Below the pieces are notes generated by a model, which saw only the letters and a list, made by a program, of their open reading frames with translations, searched no databases and was not told the DNA's origin. The position numbers were made by a program, and so were the translations under genes. A stretch of 64,000 bases of DNA from Octopus sinensis (Eukaryota): assembly GCF_006345805.1 (NCBI RefSeq), contig NC_043001.1, positions 56,048,001 through 56,112,000 on the forward strand, in the 5' to 3' direction. This document shows, piece by piece, positions 53,768 to 64,000 of this stretch (position 1 is its first letter; each line of letters starts with the position of its first letter).

Positions 53768-54136
53768 CTTTTACCTTTTATTTGTTTCAGTCATTAGACT
53801 GCGGCCATGCTGGAGCACTGCCTTGAAGTATTTTTAATCGAATGAATCGACCCCAGTACTTTATTGTTAAGTCTGGTACTTATTCAATCGGTCTTTTTTG
53901 CCGAACCACTAGTTAAGGGGACGTAAACACACCATCACCGGTTATCAAGTGTTAGTAGGACACACACACACAAACACGACGGGCTTCTTTCAGTTTCCGT
54001 CTATCAAATCCACTCAGAAGGCTTTGGTAGGCTCGGGACCGTAGTTAGACGACTCTTGTCAAAGGTACCATGGAGTGGGACTGAACCTAGAACCATGTGG
54101 TTGGGAAGCAAGTTTTTTACCACACAGCCACGCCTG
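53768..54136 (-). mobile_element. SINE family A copy
   Basis: Reverse-complement match, short internal (CA)n. Confidence 0.85.
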
Positions 54137-54284
54137 CTAAGTAAATTTACTTGGGACTTCTTTTATTCTTTTACTTGTTTCAGATCATTTGTCTGCAGCC
54201 ATACTGGAGCACCACCCTGGAGGGTCTTAGCTGAACAAATCGACCCCATTATATTAGCATTGTATTAGCATTATAACGAAGATT

Positions 54285-54650
54285 AAGGCGGCGAGTTGGC
54301 AGAAGCGTTAGCACGCCGGGCGAAAAGCTAAGCGGTATTTCGTCTGCCGCTACGTTCTGAGTTCAAATTCAGCCGAGGTCGACTTTGCCTTTCATCCTTT
54401 CGGGGTCGATTAAATAAGTACCAGATACGCACTGGTGTTGATATAATCGACTTAATCCGTTTGTCTGTCCTTGTTTGTCCTCTCTGTGTTTAGCCCCTTG
54501 TGGGTAGTAAAGAAATAAGTATTTCGTATGTCTTCATGTTCTGAGTTCAAATCTCACCAGGGTCGACTGTGCCTTTCATCTTTTCGGGGTCGGTAAAATA
54601 GTACCAGTTGAGTTCTGATACTATCAGTCCCTCAAAATTGCTGGTCTTGT
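54285..54650 (+). mobile_element. SINE family B followed by a second headless unit
   Basis: Same aagaaataagtatttcgt junction as in the 40.4 kb array. Confidence 0.85.
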
Positions 54651-55661
54651 CTAAAAAAAAAATTGAAATCATTATAACGAAGATATTCAACACTTTTGAT
54701 GATAAAGTGTGAAGATGTTGCGAAATTCGAATAAAACCGCGTGGTGTTATTTTTGTAAGACCTGATCAGGCTTGGCTTTAATAAAGGCATTACAGTCATC
54801 GCCATCCCATCTTTTTTGCGCAGGATCATATACTCGGGACTACATCATTAATCACAAAGTCCTTCCGCTTTCCTGACAGCAGGGAGTGATAAGAGGAAAA
54901 TTTGGCAGTTAACTTCAGGTTCGAGGAATAGGAAGTGTTATCATCAAATAAGTTAGACAAATTTCCTTTGCAGCTGTTGTTGTTAATGTTTAGCTCTAGT
55001 TTAGCCATGGTCGAGCAGATCTACGATCAAATGCATTCTAGCCATGATCAATCCACCCTTTTCAGTATATCAGAAGCTACATTGTCCAGTGTTCATTTTC
55101 CTTAAAGACGGCAAGGTGAGATTCGAAGGAAATTTAAATGCTATTTCTTGCAAGTAGAGTGATACCATATAGCCCTCCTCGTTGGTTTTTATTTTATTTT
55201 AATGGTTTAATCAGGAAGAAGGTACTGTGCTACGCCCATGAAATACGCAGGCCGCCCGCGTCTCGTGAAATTAATATTGTTGATGTTTATCTTTAACATG
55301 TGTAATTTGATAACTGCCGGCAAAAACATGGGCGGGAAGAAGGGAATCTCAGAAGATTGAAGCTTTCCATCAAAATAAACACCTCGTTGCGATCATTCAC
55401 AAGATCTTGAAAAACCCAAAATATACTTTAGATGCAGCCCAGGATTGACTAATGTTATTCTTGGAATACTAGAAATAACTTTTGCAGCAAAAACACTCGT
55501 CTGGCAATTCTGTTCTGACTATATCTCTATCTCAAAAGCTCAAAACTATTCTCTTCAAGATTACATCTCTAGACCAATGGTGGAGATGGGGGTACGCATT
55601 TCTCATTTCAATGTTTCTAATGGAAGTAATTATTACAAACTATTAATATTTTAGTCACGTT

Positions 55662-56310
55662 AAAGGTGGCGAGCTGGAGAAACATTAGCTAGCTCAGCAA
55701 AATGCTTTACGATCTGAGTTCAAATTCCAGTGAGGTCGACTTTTCCTTTTATCCTTTCTGGTCGGTAAAATAAGTACCACTGGAGACGTTGTAATATATT
55801 TATCCCATATCCCAAACTCGCTGACCTTGTGCCTGTGTTTGAAATCAATATTTTTGGCAAGTTTCTTTTAATAAAAAATATATTTCTTTATTACTGTTCG
55901 CCGAAAAATGTTTAGCGGCATTTTTTCCGATATTTCATGTTCTATGTTCAAATTCCACCGATGCTGGCTTTGCTTCTCATCCTTTCGGATCGATAAAATG
56001 ACGTACCAGTCATATGCTAAGGCAAATTAAATCAACAAATATCCTCCCCACCTCACAAATTTCAGGTCTTCTTCTTATATTAGAAACGATAATATTCATA
56101 ATATGATAATATTCATTTCAAATTTTCACACAAGACCAGCAAGATCAGCTAAGGGCCTAAATCGATTACATCGACCCTAGTGGAACTTATTTTATCGACC
56201 TAGACCGGATGAAAGGCAAAGTCGACCTCGGCGGAATTTGAACTCAGATCGTGAAGACCGACGAAATGCCGCTAAGTATTTTGACCAGCATGCTAACGAC
56301 TCTGCCAGTA
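55662..56310. mobile_element. Three SINE B copies (+, +, -)
   Basis: 55662-55850 +, 55900-56090 +, 56115-56310 -. Confidence 0.75.
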
Positions 56311-56345
56311 CAAACCTTTATAACTACTACTACTACTGAATTTAA

Positions 56346-56383
<38 letters not shown>

Positions 56384-56384
<1 letters not shown>

Positions 56385-57430
56385 GATTTCTTTATTGGCC
56401 ACTAGGACCGAAAAGAATATTCAGGACAATACAAAGACAAAATACAGTGTAAGGATTTTCATAATCACATGTAAACAATAAAAAAAACAATATTGCTTAA
56501 GAAGAAAATTCTTACAACAAAATTCTCCAGTAGGTGGTGTACCACCCAGGGGTAACTGAAAAATCTCAAAGATTCAGCATCACCCCAACCACCAAGGGTA
56601 CCACTGAAAAGCCCTTTCTTCCATCCGTTCTCTCTCTATTCTACATGGGTCAGCTTAGAGCAGGTTCGTTCTCTCAGGCCACGCTAGCCACATTCATTCA
56701 TCTTTCAACAAAGGTGCAAACCCTCCCACTCATCTTACAATTTTACTTTCAAAAACACGATGAGGTTTTAGCCGAAATAGAAAGTGTTTGTCTTCAACTT
56801 TTCAGTCTCATCCACCATTCAACCTTCTTCGATATATCTACCGGGTAGAGAAAAATGCCTGTCCTTCTTGGCGAAAGGAAGGTGGTGATGTAATCTAATG
56901 GAGTCAGCTGGTAACCAGATCCGCCTTTCATGCGATAGCATCTGTTCGACATAACTCCAGAATCAGCAATGCTCGGGCACCATACGAGTGCAGCAGGCTT
57001 GGCTGACTGCACTGTAGAGTTTATCCTGAACCACCAATTCCTTCTGGCCCCCTGTTATCGGCTTTTTTCAGAACTCCTCATTTATAGCCGACATCCGAGG
57101 CAAGTAGTCGAAGTAGACAATAAAGCCACCCCAGTCTGCCGTTCTCCGTCCGCCCCAAACAGCAGGCAAAGTGCCACAGAGAAGCTGCACGCTTCTGCTT
57201 GGAGCCAAGTAGCACGCTTCCCACCTCCGATCTGCCTGTTGACACTTTGCACCTCTACCACCAGAGCACGCACTGACAACGTAACTTTCGTGCTTAGCGT
57301 TGAAAAATTGGTCCACGGCCAGTCACGACATCAGAATATCAGATGCTATGCCTTTCCTAAATACCTCTTCTAGACTCCGACGAGCTTTCTCTTTACTCTA
57401 GAATTCTCCATAGCTATTTCTTTATTAAAC
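56384..57430 (-). mobile_element. 5'-truncated Tx1/L1-type LINE 3' fragment
   Basis: Ends gtggccaataaagaaatca-(gta)n on minus strand like the 47-51 kb element; ALVWCPSIAD and VARVA match its ORF2 C-terminus. Confidence 0.7.
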
Positions 57431-58699
57431 CTTATCAACTCTAATCTAACAGACCTGAAAAGAGCTAACCACTGTCGGTTGTTGACCCATAATGCTTTGT
57501 CTCGTCAACAAATATTCTCTATATTTGATATATTAAATATTCAAATATAAAATTTACCATTAGTAACATCAGCATGCACTCGACTGTGAGGCGAGACAGA
57601 CATAAAATATTAAGGAATTACGCAGCTGCATGAAGCATGACCTTCCGAACTGTTAAAATGTGATTCTTGTATCAGCATTGTTGAGTTTACTTGGTATAGC
57701 GAAGACAATGAGGCAGGTACAGTATTGAAGCTGATATAGCGGAGGCAATGAGGCAGGTACAATGAGGCATTTATAAATTATTATTATGCTTGAATCAAAG
57801 GTTGTGAGTATTAGCATATATTTTCTTCCATAAAATGTGAATGATAATATTGGTCTCTCTCACACACTGAAGTAATTGCTATTCTAATAACACTTCATTA
57901 TCATATTAGCGCATATAATTTATAGAGCGTTGTGATTATAGGTTGTGAAGTTATGAACGCGCAGCTAGGGCTGGCTATAGATAATGCTAATTTGAAGGTC
58001 ATGGACATCTTTGATCTCTTAGGCATGAACATATATGTTAAAGTATTCATAGAGAACAATGTATATATTTAAGTTTAAATTCAGTGAGCAAAAAAGGTCA
58101 TCAAGCGCTCATACGCATACAAAAAGCTGCACAGCGTATTTTAATTGTGATAATAGTTTATAATTTTAATTTAACCAAAATGAGTTAAACTCACATTAGC
58201 AGCAAGGCTGTTTTTGTATGCCACGTGATTCTCATTACCTAGTTACTTGTTTTTCTTTTCTGTGTGAGGCTGACGATGTACACACGGTGGCTTGTGTAGA
58301 TCAAATAGAGTGGTTAACATAAGTTTTAGTGTGAGATAGTCTTTATCTATTGAACATTTAACTCACTGTTGTTTGGAACGTAGACCAGGCTTAGCATAAA
58401 CGTCTCTAGTTAGAAATTGCACAGTTGGCCTGAATTAAGCAGCTTAATATGTAATTTAATGTTCTTTCAGTTGCCTCCTGCCACCTAATAGATTAGGCAT
58501 CGAAGTTAGATTAGAATGGACAGCGAGAAATTAAAGTCGGTAGTTTCAGTAATTTCCTTTTCCCGTCTAAATAGCGATTGGTGAATATTTTATTGTGGGT
58601 AGTTTATTTAGCAACAGTAAAAGTAGAAAAAAAAATGATAATCTGCATATCTTATCATATAAATATCATTAGTATCAAATATCTAAACATGTCAGATCG

Positions 58700-60200
58700 T
58701 ATTCCCCTCACAAAAATATTTTAAAAGGAAGCTTGCTGGAGAAGAAAACAACAGTGAAAACACTCAGCCATTAAAGCGGGCTAAATTACTTTAAAATGTT
58801 GATGTCAGCCATGCTCCCATTTTATTTGATGTTGCATTTCACTGGAAAATGACGGCACAAGACAGGTTGAATTTTTTTTCGCTGTGTATAATATTATTTA
58901 CATTAATGGATTATACACAGATATATGTCGTATAACACAGAAAAGTAAAAAAAAGAAATCGCCATAACTTAGAATACATTCTACGCTCTTATAAGTTGTG
59001 TACAGACTTTGCGTATCACATAGAAAACACCATGGGAAACAAAGTAAGAAAAAGTGTAATTTCCATCAATCTGATATGTCAATTATGATTCATGAACTTA
59101 CGACTATAAATGAAAAAAAAACAAGAAAAAAAAAAAACAAAACAAAAGCGAAACAAAACAAAATAACTTGTTCAAACAGGTTGCTTCAGAGCAGCATTTG
59201 GTGGAATTTCCCAACTTGTATAATTCTATTGTAACATGGGACATTCAAAGTTGGTACACATGTAGAAGTAACATATGATGGACATCTATGCCGCTTACAA
59301 AGTCATGTTTTCAATTCAATACTTGAAAGAAAACAGGATTAAAAAAAAATTATGATTTCCCGAACGCGACTCTATAGCACCGTACAAGACACAGGCTTGG
59401 ACTTCATTTAAGTGGCGCTGTCAATGAAGTTGCAGGGTTGAATAATTTCCAGACATTTTATGATAAACTGTGTCCTTCATATCATAGGTTTCCAAAGAAT
59501 CAAGACGAGTTAACTGCTTGTGTAGAGGCGCTGTAGTGTTATAACGGTAATGTGGCAATCTGAGAATGATTTTAGGGAGGGGCTTTGAGGAGTAGACCTG
59601 GATTTTTCGAGTTCTAGCGCAGAAAAAAATATATGGTGGACGAGATGAAAAAATAATTAAATTCTTCATCATTCGTAAATGATATGACCTCATAGATGGA
59701 CAATTTAGTTGAGTGTCTGAATCATCACATGAACTGCAGAATCAAAATTGCGATCTTTGTATAGCACATAAAGAAATAAAACGAAATATCATGTTCTTGA
59801 ATGTCAAATAGTGAAACCAGGAAAATATTATAATCAAGTAGAGAAGGCACAAATCAGATGACATTTAATTGGATAATAGTAAATTATATACTACAAACGC
59901 ACAGCAGTTTTTGAGGTATTAGATCAATAATATGAAATCCAGGCTGCTTCAGTTTACGACAAGTTCTAACGTTAAATGCGAAAAGTTAATTAACTAGGTA
60001 AAATATTTAGGTATTAACAATATTGCAGAAGATTAACGGCTTACCTTTGAACTTAATGATAGAAAAAAATAAAAACACACACACACACAAAAAAAGAAAA
60101 ATCGGTAAAATAGTTTGTCTTAAATGGCCAGCTATGTATCAGAGCCTACAGATGATTTAAGGAATCTAAACGAGTTTTCTGAATGATTTCAGCAGTTACG
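58700..60200 (+). pseudogene. Old hAT transposase remnant (KIAA1586-like)
   Basis: 59354-59536 translates DFPNATL*HRTRHRLGLHLSGAVNEVAGLNNFQTFYDKLCPSYHRFPKNQDEL; upstream SIMIHELTT corresponds to the IDEST motif. Confidence 0.7.
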
Positions 60201-61557
60201 TGTATCTAATTAAGAGAAACGGTTATGAATTACTGTTATACTCATGTGTCTGTATGTGTATGTTTGCATGTTGTGAATGTATGTAAGTTTATTCTAACGT
60301 GTGTAAGATATATGGTTGCAAAATGGCATCAAAATTTGCCGTAATATATATACCCGCGAGAGACTGCAATGCTTCGGAATTCTTAGTTCTATGGCAACAC
60401 TTTGCTCATCTTTACAGGTCCTTCTGCGCTTCCTGAGCATATATCTTAAATGCTGACTTAGCATATATCTCGCTCACTAAACCAAATCCCATTGTTACTT
60501 ACAATTATTCTCGTCAAAATCATATCTTATAAATGTTCCCTAAAACTCTATATTCCAAGTCTATTCTTTGAAAATCCTATATCCGAAAGAGTATTCTCTT
60601 CCGTACTTTAATGTTTCAAAACTATATTTCAAAAATTATGTGCCAGGTCTATTAAAAAAAAAAAAATCTTTATAAGAAATCTATATTTCAAATAAAGTAA
60701 CATCAGCGGGAGACCTGAAAAATAAATTTACAAACGAGAGCAAGGAAGCGCCAAATCCTGGTTACGGCTTGATGCACTTTCAATGTGCCGCAGAAACTGC
60801 GAGAGAAGATGTGATGTTCACGTATGTAATATTTTGTGTGTGTATGTGTGTGTTTGAGTGCGCGCGCGCCCACACACACACACGCGAAGACATCCCACTC
60901 ATCTCTAGATTCACGTCTTCCACTACTTTCGTTCTCTTGGTCACTCCCTCCCTTCCTTCCTTTCTCTGCTCTGTTTCCCTAAATCTTCGTGCCCTTCCTC
61001 TGCTCCAGCATTCCCCACCTCCCTAAAATGTCAGTTGTTAATATCTCCATCCTGAATACGGAGGCCGGATTTACAGAATTGTTTATATGCATCCACTGCG
61101 GGTTGCTTATCCATGACTTTTTGCACACGCCATCTGCCAACATTACAACTATTACGTAATTCCAAGCTCCCCGAAACAGCTGTCGGACCTGAAATACAGT
61201 GCACTCTTCCCTTAGTTTTCTGCATTTTTTGCACTCCATGTAAATCGGTTCTGTAAATATATAAATATCTAGATGCTTATATATGAATGTTCATCTGATT
61301 ATTTTCACTTCTTGTTTCTATATGTATCCGTATATATATATTAGATGTATATATGTATGAACATTTTGCATATCCTACCCAAGCGTGTTTATTTTGTTAT
61401 TTGCATCATTATCTCCGCATCAGCTCACGTGGATTCCTCTTATAGCCACTCATTACTCCTCAGACTTAGCACCCGATAAATATTCAGAGAGTAAGTTCAA
61501 ATCATTTGAACACTAATATGTGTTTTCTACTTTGAGCATCTCAGGATTTCATCTGTT

Positions 61558-61621
<64 letters not shown>

Positions 61622-61911
61622 CTTCCCTCTGTCTCTATATCTCCGTGTATTTATGTACATATAAGAGCAATAGATCTCAAAACACTCAGAGCTGTAAGTA
61701 ATAGCGTGTAAATATTAGGTTAAAAAATATTTGAAAAGCTAAAAGTCGAAGACTGCCGGTGTGACTTGAACTCCTCATCTCTTGTAAACATTGCAGGGGT
61801 TCTATATTTGGACATCAAATACACACACACACACATTAAACATATATATGTATACACAGGTCATATGTTATGTATTATATATTATTTATATAATATATAT
61901 GTTTATTCTTT

Positions 61912-62118
61912 CTTTTATTCATTTATTTGTTTCAGTCATTTGACTGCAGCCATGCTAGAGCACCGCTTTTAGTCGGACAATTCGATACTAAGATTTTGTA
62001 AACCTAGTTTTTATTCTATCAGTAACTTTTGCCGAATCGCTAAGTTACGGGGACGTAAATACAACAACATCGGTTTTCAAGCGATGGCGGATGGAGACAA
62101 ACACAGACAGACACACGA

Positions 62119-62173
<55 letters not shown>

Positions 62174-62362
62174 ACACACACAAACACACAAACACATACA
62201 CATATATACGACGGGCTTCTTTCAGTTTCCATCTACCAAATCCACTCACACGGCTTTGGTTTGCCCGAGACTATAGTAGATGACACTTGCCCAAGGTGCC
62301 ACGCAGTGGGACAGAACCCGGAACCATGTGGTTGGGAAGCAAGCTTCTTACCACACAGCCAT
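61912..62362 (-). mobile_element. SINE family A full copy
   Basis: Reverse-complement match over both halves with (CA)n. Confidence 0.9.
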
Positions 62363-62592
62363 GCTCGACCTATTTTAGAATATGGAACGCTTATCCTTGC
62401 GCAGGATGTGATATTCAAGTGATGTGAATATATAGTATATATATATATATATATATAACAGATGTATGTCTATTATATATATATATATATATATCATTTA
62501 TGTATACATATATATATATTGTGTATATTATTTAGTTTATATATAATATACAAATATGAATTTATATATCTTATATATACGATACACGCACA

Positions 62593-62636
<44 letters not shown>

Positions 62637-62784
62637 TAAATATATATATATATATCATATACACATTAGATAATCATGAATGTAGATCCCACTCTCTCTC
62701 TCTCTCTCTCTTTGTGTATATTTATATACATACATACATATCAGCATATCCATGTGCATTAACAAAATGCCATTTTGGAATGAC

Positions 62785-62995
62785 ATCCATCATTGTGACC
62801 AACAAGAGGCCATTCACCTAAGTTATTTATGAAGCGATGCAACAAACAAGCTTACAAAGAGACTGCAAACCGCCTCAGACAGGATCCATACAAACTGGAA
62901 TCAATTAATTAACTAAAGGAGGTTGCTGAGTCGAAGACAACCAATCAATTGAAGAACACACTTGATAGATATTGGAAGAACATTCAATATGTAAT
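62785..62995 (+). pseudogene. CR1-type LINE 3' end fragment
   Basis: TRGHS..WNQL..EVAESKTTNQLKNTLDRYW, the typical CR1/L2 ORF2 terminus. Confidence 0.65.
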
Positions 62996-63289
62996 GCGTT
63001 TCTACTATGGAGAAAAGGTGCATTAAGAGCAAAGTTGGATTTCTGTGTTTTTTTTATCGTTATCTTTATCAGCTATTAGATTGAAAAGTTTAAAAAAATA
63101 CTATTAACACAATGCCGAACATATATAAGCATACAAACACATAAACATACAGCGGTGTAAATGCAGAAACCAGCTCAAGTACACGGTTAAAGTTAGGAAG
63201 AAGGATCGAAAGTATCTAACGTCATCAGCTAACAAACAGTTAAGTGAAATTGTGTGAGAGAAATGGCAGAGGATCGTAACAGAACTAAC

Positions 63290-63327
<38 letters not shown>

Positions 63328-63698
63328 ATGTATATATATATATACACATATATATATACATATGTTTGTGTATATATTTGTGAGTATGTGTACATGTATG
63401 CGTGTGATTGTGCGCATAGATGTATACGAATGTATGTATGTATGTATGTATGTATGTACGTATGTATTGTAATTTATTTTCTTCTGACAACGGAACTGAT
63501 GTTCTACTCGTTGAGTACAAACACATTCGAACACACCCACCCATTCACAGATACAGACACTCACTCATGTGCATGTGTGTGTGTGTGTGTATGTGTATAC
63601 ATAAATATACATATATATACATATACATGTATACATATATATGTGTATGTATATTCATATACAAACAGACACACACACACGCATATCTACGCATATAC

Positions 63699-63748
<50 letters not shown>

Positions 63749-63784
63749 TATATATATAACAGATGTATGTCTATTATATATATA

Positions 63785-63826
<42 letters not shown>

Positions 63827-64000
63827 GTATACACATACATATATACATACACACACACACACACACATATAAATATAAATGCATATATGTCATAGACAGA
63901 AAAATTTTAAAGGTTGTTATTATCGCGACTCGATTTTTTTTTCTTTTCCTTCTTCGATGACTCATTCTTTAGACATCATGAACAAAATAAAAGAATTTCA

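Noticed and set aside
57695-57768. Short direct repeat tatagcg.ag.caatgaggcaggtaca
   Set aside because: Two and a half copies, consistent with local slippage duplication
59354-59536. Functional KIAA1586 orthologue exon
   Set aside because: Stops and frameshifts throughout; decayed transposase

Overview
AT-rich, microsatellite-saturated animal genomic DNA; the SINE families and repeat style point to an octopus (coleoid cephalopod) intron or intergenic region (inference from recognition, no search run). No intact host protein-coding gene can be supported; almost all listed ORFs are translated microsatellites. The window is a layered set of transposable-element remnants: two very abundant tRNA-derived SINE families, further SINEs, a near full-length decayed Tx1/L1-clade LINE, RTE, CR1, HERO-type and Penelope fragments, Tc1/mariner elements (mariner, DD37D, DD41D-like, a MITE), hAT and piggyBac remnants, a Helentron-associated element and a decayed tRNA-Gly(TCC). 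The most interesting signal is a set of hammerhead-ribozyme motifs from several unrelated small repeat families, often in inverted-repeat structures, including one with a complete consensus core inside a ~500 bp palindrome at 20.3-20.8 kb. A SINE-derived 184/368 bp higher-order tandem array is also notable. Boundaries of decayed elements are approximate.
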